A stretch of 64,000 bases of DNA from the human T2T-CHM13v2.0 reference genome, Homo sapiens. Below, one piece after another: positions 53,182-64,000 of this stretch (its first letter is position 1; every line of letters starts with the position of its first letter). The stretch lies in assembly GCF_009914755.1 (NCBI RefSeq), contig NC_060928.1. One strand, given 5' to 3'. The position numbers and the translations under genes are program-made. The notes under the pieces are model-generated. The model worked only from the letters and a program-made list of their open reading frames with translations, did no database searches and was not told where the DNA came from.

Positions 53182-54134
53182 CTCCATCTAAAATAAATTC
53201 ATTTCCCCTGCATTATCTCCCACTACTCCTTATGTATTTTTTTCTTACCATTTACCAAAATCACTGCCAACATTTGGATGTGTTTTCTTTCATGGTTATT
53301 GTTTTACTGAAAATACAATTTTTCAGGAAATGTTGGTATTTTATATTTATTCTGAAAAGTATTTGAAAAATGAGATTACTCTATCAAAAGAATTAGACTT
53401 TAAAATAAGAATACATATTTTCTTAGTCCATTGTATAAATTTGAAAAATATGCAATATAGTAAAATATAAAAATTCGTTTGCAATGTATTTTTATCAGCT
53501 GATCTCCTGCAAGAGAACTTCCTTGACTTCTCCACCTAAAATAAGTCCTTTTCCCTGTATTATCTCTCACTTCTCCTTGTTTCCTTCTTATATTTACCAA
53601 AATTACTGCCAACATTTGGGTTTTGATAAAAGGAAAACTTCCGCCGAATTAAATTTAAAGGAGTTTAATTGAGCAATGAATGATTCGTGAATGGGACAGC
53701 CCCCAGAATCACAGCAGATTCACAGAGGCTCCCGCACAGCCACGTGGTGGAAGAAGATTTATAGACAAAAAAGGGAAAATGATGTACAGAAGTCTACAAT
53801 CAGTTACAGAAACAGCTAGATTGGTTACAGGTTGGCGTTTGCCTCATTTGAACACAGGTTGAACACTTAGCTATGAATGGTTGAAGTACGGCCGCTGGGA
53901 TTGGCCAAACCTCAGTTATTGTTACAGGCTTATACTGCTAAGTTAGGTTTTCGATGTCGTCTGACTATTTAAGCTAGGTTAGTTCATCCAGAAGGACTCA
54001 AATATAGAAGTACAGAGTCCTTCTCAGGCCGTATTTACTTTAATAGTGTATTGCCTTTAATGCTTATTGTTCTACTTCAGATACAATTTATTTTTAGGAA
54101 ACTTTGATATTTTATATTTATTCTAAAAACTATT
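53182..54134. repeat. Old ~180-bp direct duplication (copy 1 53182-53363; copy 2 53530-53623 + 54046-54134)
   Basis: ctccatctaaaataa..atttaccaaaatcactgccaacatttgg..tattttatatttattctgaaaagtatt versus ctccacctaaaataa..atttaccaaaattactgccaacatttgg|LTR|..tattttatatttattctaaaaactatt. Confidence 0.85.
53624..54045 (-). mobile_element. MER57A-type ERV1 solo LTR
   Basis: tgataaaaggaaaacttc..gaattaaatttaaaggagtttaattgagcaatgaa..aaggactcaaatatagaagtacagagtccttctcaggcc; TSD gttt/gtgt. Confidence 0.88.
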
Positions 54135-54522
54135 CTTTTCATTTGGGTTGTCAAATTAACCAGCATATATGAATATATCTAATTTTACCAGGTCCTCTAC
54201 CTTACTGTTTTAATCAAATTTCTGTGTTTTTCTACTTTTTTTTTTTTTTTGAGATGATTTTGCTTTAGTACAAGATAGTTTTCCTAAATGGTTCATTGTT
54301 GCTTTGGACAGAATTATTCTTTTTCTTCAAAAACATTTAAAATTCATTAGTTCACTTTCAATTTTGTATTTTTCTTATATATAAGTTTATGTCTGACAAT
54401 GTATGTAAATTCTGGGTTTGTAGCCTTCAAGGTTGATATTGTTGCATAGTTTACTAGCAATTCATCTTTATTTCACCTCTTTTCCTTTTCAGTCGCTCTG
54501 TGTAATATAAATTTTGGATTGA

Positions 54523-54834
<312 letters not shown>

Positions 54835-55304
54835 CTCTCCCTTTTTCAAAAAAGAAGTCCACGTTACTCACAATGCTTAGAGGTTTCAATATTTTCTTCT
54901 GTTGCCTGAAGCAGATTATTTTCAGTCTGGTTCTTTGAATATTCAAAATGATATTTCCTATTTCCCTGTTTATTAGCTTTCAATATTTATTCACTCAGTT
55001 AATTATTATTTTTCTGTTACTCATGCATGAACAAAGATATTCATTTAGACTCTGTTTATTTGTTAAGAACTATGTTGGTGGATTGTTTAGTCCTTACTCA
55101 CTCCCCTGGCTTAAGTCAAACCCTCTTCTCACATATACACTGGGCAAAATTAGCATGTAATCAGATTTTCAATGCTACAATCTATTACTGCTTGATAAAA
55201 GCTGACTTCTTCATTCTCCAATTCCTAGGTGCCTGAAAAACAAGACTAGCTAAAGCTTCTGGAAAAATAGAATTAGACCTGGTGTCTTTCAGCACCTGTA
55301 CTTG

Positions 55305-56638
55305 TGTGTCCGGAATTGGTGGGTTCTTGGTCTCCCTGACTTCCAGGCGGTATGTCCGCCTCAAGGTTCTTAAAGGCGGTATGTCAGGAGTTTGTTCCTT
55401 ATGATGTTCGGATGTGTTGGCAGTTTTTTCCTTCTGGTGGGTTTCGCGGTCTCCGCCGGCTCAGGAACAAAGCTGCGGACCTTCACGGTTAGTGTTAGGG
55501 CTCTTAAGGCGGCACGTCTGGAGTTGTTCATTCCTCCCGGTGGGTTCGTGGTCTCTCTGGCTTCAAGAGCGAAGCTACAGACCTTCACGGTGAGTGTTAC
55601 AGCTCATAAAGGCAGCGTGGACCCAAAGAGTGAGCAGCAGCAAGATTTATTGCAAAGAGAAAAAGTACAAAGCTTCCACAGCATGGAAAGGTACCCGAGG
55701 GGGTTGACACTGCTGGCTCGTGCAGCCTGCTTTTATTCTGTTATCTGGCCCCACCCACATCCTGCTGATTGGTAGAGCCCAGTTGTCTGTTTTGACAGGG
55801 CGCTGATTGGTGCCTTTACAATCCCTGAGCTAAACACAAAGGTTCTCCAAGTCCCCACCAGATTAGCTAGATACAGAGTGTCGATTGGTGCATTCACAAA
55901 CCCTGAGCTAGACACAGGGTGCCAATTGGTGTGTTTACAAACTTTGAGCTAGATACAGAGTGCCAATTGGTGCATTTATAATCCCTGAGCTAGACATAAA
56001 TGTTCTCCACGTCCCCACCAGGCTCAGGAGCCTAGCTGGCTTCACCCAGTGGATCCCACACCGGGGGTGCAGGTGGAGCTGCCTGCCAGTCCCTTGCAGT
56101 GCGCCCACACTCCTCAGCCCTTGGGTGGTTGATGGGACTGGGCGCCGTGGAGCAGGAGGCAGTGCTTGTCGGGGAGGCTCAAGGCCACACAGGAGCCCAT
56201 GGAGGTGGGGGAGGCTCAGGCATGGCGGGCTGCAGGTCCCGAGCCCGAGCCCTGCACCGAAGGAAGGCAGCTAAGGCCCCCCAGCGAGAAATTGAGCACA
56301 GCAGCTGCTGGCCCAGGTGCTAAGCCCCTCACTGCCCAGGGCCAGCGGAGCCGGCTGGCCACTCCGAGTGCTGGGCCTGCCGAGCCCACGCCCACCGGGA
56401 ACTCGCGCTGGCCCGCAAGCGCCCCGTGCAGCCCCGGTTCCCGTCGGCGCTTCTCCCTCCACACGTCCCTGCAAGCTGAGGGAGCCAGCTCCGGCCTTGG
56501 CCAGCCCAGAAAGGGGCTCCCACAGTGCAGTGGCGGGCTGAAGGGCTCCTCAAGTGCCGCCCAAGTGGGAGGCCAGGCAGAGGAGGTGCCGAGAGCGAGC
56601 GAAGGCTGTGAGGACTGCCAGCACGCTGTCACCTCTCA
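55305..56638 (-). mobile_element. LTR12C-like (ERV9) solo LTR, CpG-rich
   Basis: Minus strand begins TGAGAGGTGACAGCGTGCTGGCAGTCC and ends ccaattccggacaca; perfect 4-bp TSD cttg (55301-55304, 56639-56642). Confidence 0.96.
55730..55975 (-). promoter_or_regulatory. LTR12 U3 promoter: five tandem CCAAT (NF-Y) boxes and AATAAA-type TATA box
   Basis: ATTGG on + at 55768, 55806, 55884, 55925, 55966 within ~40/80-bp repeats; tttatt at 55732-55737. Confidence 0.75.
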
Positions 56639-57055
56639 CTTGCTTTAAGATTGCCATACTTTAGATGTTCTTCTATGAACGGTCCTGTCTCCATCTCCCT
56701 ATTCCTTGTGAGCTTTTTCTGGACGTGGTAGTTTGTCTACATGTAGGGAAAGACGCACTTTTACAATTTGAACAGAGTATTTAAGAGCACCCATAAAATA
56801 ATTTAGTTACATAATTTGTAGTTTTCTGTAGCTCTTGCGTTTCTAAATTAGAGAGAGGCCAGTTGAGAAAGAGGCAACTTCTCCCTACACATTTCATACG
56901 GACTTGTGCTGTTTCTTTTAGTATAGCATAAGGTAACAATAATCAGTTGAAATTTATTGAAATTATTTTTATTCATTTTTATCAGCCGTACCATTAGTCT
57001 GATTTTCTTCAAGATTATGAAAACTGATTGACTGTTGGTCCTAATTTTCAACGTC

Positions 57056-57095
57056 TGTGTGTGTGTGTGTGTGTTTGTGTGTATATCTCTGTGTG
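57056..57095. repeat. (TG)n microsatellite
   Basis: tgtgtgtgtgtgtgtgtgtttgtgtgt. Confidence 0.85.
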
Positions 57096-57539
57096 TTTTT
57101 CTTTTTTTATCCTGTCTTGGTAATTGTTTTGGTAGGAATTTAGAAAAGGGAGCCAGTGGATGCTGGCCAGATGCCATATTAAACTTAAATTTGCAGGCAC
57201 TAGGTTTTAAAGTCTAGAGTAACCATTGCCAAATTCCTTTCACAAATATTCTCCCTGCAATACAACTCAACCAGTGATATGTTAATGTGGCTGATATTAC
57301 CATCTTTTGGTTTTACTAATTTTATCTGTGAAATAGTAATTTAGTTTTGAGTTTTTCATACATGTGTGTCTAGACTAGTGGGATTAGACATTGTACAATA
57401 TTAAATCGATTTTGTTTGTTTTTATTATATGTTAAGGCATAGAAACTGATGATATAAAAAGACACAGTTCTTAATAGTTTCTTAGAGGAAATATGATCAG
57501 ACATCTCTCAAAGTTGTCTATAATGTGTTGTATGAATTC

Positions 57540-58380
57540 CATAAATAAGGTACAAGTAGAGATCAGAGGACATTGGAAAACATTTATGTCTGGGCTCTTA
57601 GAGAAGACTTCATAAAAGCATATTATCAGAACAAGGCACTGCAAAAGTGATAGGATTATAAAATGGATTGTGAGAGGCATTTCAAGGGAAAAAACTGCTG
57701 TGAGCAAATTTTCAGAGTTGAGATAATGCAAGTCATTCCACTTCTGGATACTGGGTTGTGTAAAAGAAATAAGGGAGATGTTCAGAAAATGTGAACAACA
57801 ATGTTTTGTGACTAGATAATTGTATTGGATAAATAGTTGTAGATAAACTTGTAAATACAGAACTGGATAGATTTTGGATGATATTAAATTTGGACTTTTT
57901 TTATGGACATATGCCATGTAAAGTGTTCAACTAAGCTATGTAACCAAAGATAAAAAAGTATAATTCTAGAATGAGGGTAAAGGGCCAGCTAACTAGGGAT
58001 CAAATGGAAGTAAAGGGACCATTCAAAGGATATTTCATGATCAAGGTATTATGTTAAAAAATAAAGCAACTAAATTAATAAAATAGCTGAAGTGGAAAGA
58101 AAAAATTAAGTGCAGGAAGTATTTTTAAGCAAGAAGCAACAAGACATTGTACATAATTGGATGTGGGGAAAAATACAGGGGGCTATAGGCTTCAAACCTA
58201 GATATGTGGAAGTGCAGTGGTGCAATTAGCAAAATAAATACAAAATGAAGGTTATATGAAAATAGATTTACATTTTATAAGATAATCAATTCCTTTATTA
58301 TTGTGCTTGGAAAAAATTGATTTAGTTAAATTAGGAAATATTCAATAGAGCTGTCCAATTGTTGGTGAATGAATGCAAAC
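57540..58380 (-). mobile_element. Degenerate L2 fragments
   Basis: agagaagacttcataaa..; agaagcaacaagacattgtacataattggatgtgggg..ggcttcaaacctagat..ggtgcaattagc. Confidence 0.5.
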
Positions 58381-59579
58381 ATCATTTTAAATGTTTTCAT
58401 TATCTATATTGGAAAGAAATAATATAGTAATGATGATGTGACATTTAAAGTTGTCATTTAATAAATGACTAAGTGATGGGCATAAATATTTGTTCATAGC
58501 TCTATAAAACAGATATACAATATTTTTAAAATAATTGTGTTCTGTTGGCATTCAAAACTATTATAAAAGTGAAATGGAATTTTATTCAAGGAAACAAAAT
58601 GATTTCTTATTCTCAGGTCTTAGAAAATACTAGCAGCTATGCTCCCTGTTAAGTATTTCAGTGAGAAAAGTAAAAATAAACAGGCCACTCTTTTAACACT
58701 ATGTTTTATTATAGTAAATAGGATTATGTGCAGCTTTTCCCAGTTTCTTTTTTCATCTTTAACTTTTTCATCTGTTATTTTTTAGATTTCACACCTATCG
58801 AGTGTGAGGAAATTAGATCAAAACTAGAGTGATCAAATTAACTTTATTTTGGCAAAGATGTATATTTATACAGTGTTTTGTTCTGAAATGAATACAAATT
58901 GAAAAAAATTACTCAATATTTTGTATGATCTCTAATTTATGGAAAGTAAAAATTACCTCATAATAAAATTAATTAGTCACTTGCCTAGATGAACAATTGT
59001 GAGTTGTAAACATCATTTTCCTAATATGCTTTTCCCTAGGTATTGAGTGGAATGAAATAACATGTTGGTACTGCCATTAGCATGTCTATATTAGTTAATT
59101 AACTTTATAATTTTTTATGGGTAAAATGAGAAAAATATAGATTCACCTTTATAAATTAAATTTTATATAAATGTAATATATGAAACATTACTGTTCAACT
59201 TGGATAATTTTAATATATACCTAATATATATATAATTACATTTTAAAATATATGTTTCCTCTAGGAAAATGGTAAAAAATTGCTTAGTAATATTAAGTGA
59301 GTGAGTGTATCTAACAAGCATTTTAGAAGTATTACCATGTATTACAAACTAGAAAATACAAAGAGTAATTAAAGACTGTACTTGATATTGGAGGGCTTCT
59401 GGAAAAGTGCAGAGAAGTGTGTAATGAAATTAATGAACTGTGTGTTAAAAGTGCTATAGAGGTATAAGCTGGGAGATGTGGCAATAGAAATGCATAACAT
59501 TTGTGAAGTCTGAGAAATGTCAACATGGCATTTATATTTGAATGGTCTTGAGGTTGAGCAAATGTGGAGGAAGTAATGT

Positions 59580-59960
59580 CATGTGGCCCCTGAACCATCT
59601 TCATTGCCCACACCTTACTGTCACATAGGAAGAACCTACTTCCCAGACTCCTAGCAACTAGATGTGTCTGTGTGAATACATCTGGTGGTGATGTGTGAGC
59701 TGGAGCCATTTAAGCCACTTCCAGACTTGGTCTTTAAAAGTCTCACAATCTTCTTTTGTGTTTGTTCTTTTCTTGGACAGCTGGAAGCGAAGGCCTCGCC
59801 TATGGAGGATTACACAACGTAAGGAACTAGTATTCTTAAGCCTGTAGTAAGACTATTGCTGTCTAGCAGAATCTCTCTACCTGACTAGAGCTGGGAAGCA
59901 AGGAAGACATGAGTGTGTGATGTGTTAGGGCACTGAGCTATTGTTTACAGTTACTATCAT
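59580..59960 (+). mobile_element. Old MLT1 (J/K-like) solo LTR
   Basis: ctacttcccagactcctagcaactagatgtg..tgtgagc..gccacttccagacttggtc..tgtgttagggcactgag. Confidence 0.6.
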
Positions 59961-59989
59961 CTGTTTTTTTAATCTTCCTCTTCTCCTGT

Positions 59990-60900
59990 TTTATTTTAAA
60001 GATATCTTTGAGGTAGAATTGGCAAGACTTTGTGACAGATTAGATATGGTGGAGGAAATTAAATAAGGGAAAAACATTAGTGCAAGTTTTTTGATTTGGG
60101 ACAGCCAACATCATAAACTGAAATAAGACATTGAAAAACTAGGACAAATATTTTCTTGTGAGTGGCAGAAGCTGGTAGAGATGGGGATTTTGTGTGTGTC
60201 TGTGATAATGGTGGGGGAAGAGATTACCAAATAGAAATGAAGCTCTTGAGCTCAGGAGAGAATTTGCCACCAAAATATGAGATTATCCATAAATACTACT
60301 TTGCAGAGCAGGCCTTATACTGGACTTTCATTGGCCTTTCTATACAGTGATCAAATTTATGAACCATCTCCCATGTAAATACGCAGTCACCCTCAAGAGT
60401 GTTCATAGACTCTCTGAAATCTTGTAACATAAAACCCAAGTTAAAAAAATAACAAAAACAGAATACATGGAAAAACAACAGGAAAGACAGATGGATAGCT
60501 TTTACTAAGACAGAAAAACAGAATATTTCAGGAGAAAATTAGGATTAACAATAGTGTTGCTATAGCAAGGCCACATATGGTGATGACTCAAAACAAATGA
60601 TTAGGCTAGTGTTTTAGGAAGAGCCTTTCTTTTCTTGCTTTTTTTTTGTTGTTGTTTAATTTACCATGCTGCCTCCCAAATAATATTCTATAAGCAATCT
60701 GACTTTTGGCATGGGGCTACAGTGTGATGAGTGGTGATGAGGTATTGGTATCTGTAAGAGCAAAACATCTTCTCAGAAGTATTTGCAGTGACAGAAGAGA
60801 GAAATGGGTTAAAGAATAGAATTCAGTGTCAGTGGACTAATAATTACGAGTAAGGATATCAACAGAGCAAGATTCTGGAGGACTTTGGAAGGAGTGCACT
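59990..60900 (-). mobile_element. Degenerate L2 fragments
   Basis: gatatctttgaggtagaattggcaagactttgtgacagattagatatgg; gagctcaggagagaatt. Confidence 0.55.
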
Positions 60901-61334
60901 TAACTTCACAGGGAAAGGAAAAGCCTTATAGAAGAGTTAAATATAGACGCTTGTACAAGGGTACAGGAAAGCTTGTGAGAGCAAAGTCATGTAATCGTAT
61001 CTAACTATCTCAGTTTTCTCTGTAAAGAAGGAGGATCATCATTCTAGTTTGTGAACTACACTGAAGATCAAATGCAAGACCAATTTTTCTATATAGCACC
61101 TCAGTTCCAATTTAAATGTATTTGCTCTATCAGTATCAATTATAAGAAAAGATGTATACACCACCTGTGCTTTCAAATCTTCAGATTTTTTCAGTGCACT
61201 ACATATAGATTACAAACTTATTCTGGCAGTATATATCACAAAAAGGATGATACACTCTGCAATTTCCCTGCCACAGATAGTGGCTCTGGGAAAATACCCA
61301 AGATCCTAATTAGTTATATTGGGTCTACATAAGA

Positions 61335-61871
61335 TGTCAAAGACAAAAAAAATTCAGATATTAGTTGAAGTGGTAAGGACAGGTTTTAATCCGTAATATA
61401 CTATTGCAATAGGAAAGGAATTCCAGCATTAACAGAACTTAACTTGGATTTGTATGGAAGTCACTCAGCATTTCAAAGGTTGAACAGGGTAATAGAAAGG
61501 GGGTAAGCAGCAGCCTAGTAGAGTCAGGGAAGTAAAAATTACAAAAATTAGGAAGGGATATTGGTCCATGTGAAACCCATTTGGGTTTGTTGTCTGGTTC
61601 TTACAGAAATTAGGCTCCTACTCTCTCACAGAAACTGGGAGACTGGAGCCCTATCTTCAGGTGCTAGTGAAAACAAATAGTAAATGCTTCTGACAGCCTT
61701 TAGTTTTCTCAGGCAGACACATTAAGTGGAACTCGGGTCATCCTAGAGATGCGACCTTGAGCTGCTAGAAATCATGTTAGTGTTTTGTTCAAATCTTTAT
61801 AGGTCAAGATTGAGGCTGAGAAAGGGCTCCAAGGAGTCTGGCTAGAGTTTGATCAAGGAGAAAACCTGTCA
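61335..61871 (-). mobile_element. MER67-type ERV1 solo LTR
   Basis: Minus strand TGACAGGTTTTCTCCTTGATCAAACTCTAGCCAGACTCC..CTATAAAGATTTGAACAAAACACTAACA..CTGCCTGAGAAAACT..CACCTGAAGATAGGGC; ends tctttgaca. Confidence 0.8.
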
Positions 61872-62269
61872 ATGGTGATTACTGGTTCTATCAGTGAAAA
61901 ACAACCATTATCAATATTTGTATTTTCCCTTCAATGCCAATAATAGGACCTACACACTGACGAACCAGACTATTCAGTGCTCCTATTTGTTTGAAAATGC
62001 TATAGTATCTCTCTTCTCATCTTTATAATGTTTGAATTGAATCTTCAGTACTCGATTCTACCTGTTTTTCTTCTTACATTTAAAAGATTTTTTCTTATAT
62101 TAAAAAATAATATAATACATTCTCTTTAGAAGCTCCTTATTCATCTTAATAAGTTTAAAAGTATGGCCATTTTGCATGGATAGTCAAATAATTGGAGATG
62201 ACTGCGAATGGGAAGACAAAAATACTCATGAGAGGTCGGAAGGCAGAGAAGGGTGGTAACTTGCAACTG

Positions 62270-62430
62270 TGTAAACAATGTGCTAGGTACTGTGCTAGCT
62301 TCTTTATCAATTGTTTAGTTTGTTTCCAATAACAAATAATATTCCAGACAAAGAAACTAACTCTTAGAGAACTAATTAATCTGTAAAAATTGCACAATTT
62401 ATAAGCACCAAATGTTTGGCTTTAAATCTT
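62270..62430 (-). mobile_element. MIR SINE (possibly resuming at ~62745-62785 after an insertion)
   Basis: aatgtgctaggtactgtgctag..cagacaaagaaactaactcttagag..aattgcacaa..taag. Confidence 0.6.
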
Positions 62431-62432
62431 TT

Positions 62433-62733
62433 TTTTTTTTTTTTTGGTAGAATCCAATTTATTGCACTATCTTCTAAATAATATTCTACAACCTGTATTG
62501 ATTTCCAGATTCCCTTTGTCTGCAGTTGATTGAAATATATTTGTCTGATTCTGAGAGAGGCAGTGGGTTATAAGTGAAGTGGTTGGGATTCTTCTTTGTG
62601 GTCAATTTCAGATCCTGCATCTGAAAAGGAAAGAATCTTGTAGTCTGTAGACACTCTGCCCCAATCTTTCCTCAACAGCAAATGTTCAGAAATACTTACC
62701 TGCATATTCCTCTATTTAGCATATTTTTAACCA
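62433..62733 (-). pseudogene. Candidate non-TE retro-insertion (5'-truncated retrocopy or orphan 3' transduction)
   Basis: Minus strand AATAAA (62458-62463) + 12 nt + A17; 11-bp TSD ttaaatctttt (62422-62432, 62734-62744); TT|AAAA L1 endonuclease site. Confidence 0.5.
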
Positions 62734-63029
62734 TTAAATCTTTTAATTAATCATACAAGTCTGCTGTTATTTTCATCATCAGTATCATTAAGATTAAAAA
62801 GAAATTAACGAGAACAGAATTTAAATTGAGGATTAGCTCCACATTCTATACTTAGAATAGGTTGCTGCTTCCAAACTAACAGGTTCTCAGCTTGTTAAAA
62901 GTTAAATTACTCATATGATTCTCATCTGTATAGGAAAAATTTTAACGTACTCCCTTTTATTATCCTTGGGAATAAGCCTAAGTAATTCTGACTGAATAAT
63001 AACAGCAGAACTGTTTGTTTTGGAATTCC

Positions 63030-63100
63030 GCTTATTTCAACAAATATTTATTGAATACCTATACTTGGAAGTCAGTGTGATTAACATTTAGAAGGTAGTG
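63030..63100 (-). mobile_element. L2 3' end
   Basis: atttcaacaaatatttattgaatacctatact. Confidence 0.6.
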
Positions 63101-64000
63101 GTCTGTTCTGAAATTTCATTTGAAGTTTTCTTATTTCTAGTTTTATCATTTGTTTCAAAGGTTAGATTTCAAAGCTTTGTTACAATGCTTAGCAGCTTCA
63201 TATACAAACTGAGAATCAGCTTTGATCCCTGTCAAGGTTTTGATAGTAGGGAATTACATGGCAACAGCACATATGCTAGTGCACCAAGTATTAAGTACTA
63301 TACAATGATTACTTGATACAGAATACACAATAGGGACTGCCACAGATATGAATGATACATTGGCATTCACCTCTCTCTAGTGTTTGGGTTTCTTTTCCTA
63401 CTTATGTATTTTCCATGTAGCTCAGCTGCCAAGTCTGACACCTAAAGGGTCAATCCCTCACTATACATAGTTTAAGTAAAATTCCACATTTACCTCCAAA
63501 CTGATGCCTATACCAAGGGATTTCCAACCATTTGGAAAAAAAAAAAAAAAAAAAAGCTATAGGGTAGACATATCATTTGGTACTGTCTCACTTACAAATT
63601 ACTCATGCAGGCTTATGGAGACTTCCCTCACTTAGCTAATGACCAGCGCAGACCTCAAATGGTTGTTGCAAGCTTTTCATTATGTGATCCATGTGACTAA
63701 CTACAGCATTTGTGAAATGGGAACACAAGTCTCCAAACTAGAATATTTTTTCCAGCATTGCTAGATTTTTCTTCAGGGATGGTTTCCTGCTGTGGCTGTT
63801 GTGTATTGTTAGGAAAGTGATACCAAGTTAAATAGCTCGAGTAGTCAATGCAAATTCACAGAGCCACCCAACATTGACTTTGGTTCAATCCCTTGAAATA
63901 ACAGGGAGATATAAATCCAGCACCAACATAATGCTAAGCAAAGCAAATTCAAAAAGATAATGTATGCTTTCCACTTTATTATTGTTATGCTTTTAGAGTG

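Noticed and set aside
54235-54256. poly(T)+gagatg resembling an Alu 3' end
   Set aside because: Homology stops after ~6 nt and no TSD is visible.
55760-56020. Regularly spaced repeats resembling a CRISPR array
   Set aside because: LTR12 U3 tandem enhancer repeats; no unique spacers, no cas genes, eukaryotic DNA.
55370-56648. Dense overlapping ORFs up to 160 aa
   Set aside because: GC-rich LTR12C sequence is stop-poor in all frames.
57471-57917. 148-aa minus-strand ORF
   Set aside because: Lies in degenerate L2-like AT-rich sequence, with no domain or splice support.
58735-58870. Strong + strand acceptor (long pyrimidine tract, AG at 58784-58785)
   Set aside because: No convincing downstream donor or open frame.
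63536-63555. A20 run as a retrocopy tail
   Set aside because: No upstream AATAAA and no TSD found; simple mononucleotide repeat.

Overview
AT-rich, CpG-depleted, repeat-dense primate genomic DNA, very likely human because it carries a near-consensus AluYg6. I find no supportable protein-coding gene, RNA gene or CRISPR array: every long ORF falls inside Alu, L1, THE1, LTR28 or LTR12 sequence, or in low-complexity DNA. The window reads as intergenic or deep-intronic. It holds L1, L2 and MIR remnants, seven Alu-family elements plus one fragment, hAT DNA-transposon relics, two full-length THE1 MaLR elements in opposite orientation, a decayed ERVL pol/dUTPase remnant and several solo LTRs including a CpG-rich LTR12C. 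The most interesting observations are local. (1) An apparent gene-conversion tract between two neighbouring Alus of different subfamilies. (2) A ~300-bp non-TE retro-insertion with AATAAA, poly(A), a target-site duplication (TSD) and an embedded 79-nt intron-like segment. (3) A three-layer LTR nest with resolvable TSDs. (4) A THE1D LTR keeping a DUX4 motif and splice donor that points at a candidate minus-strand non-coding exon. (5) An 80-bp AT-rich hairpin and other template-switch scars. I do not see a new multi-gene biological system. Repeat family names come from recalled consensus sequences, not a database search, and boundaries of old elements are approximate.
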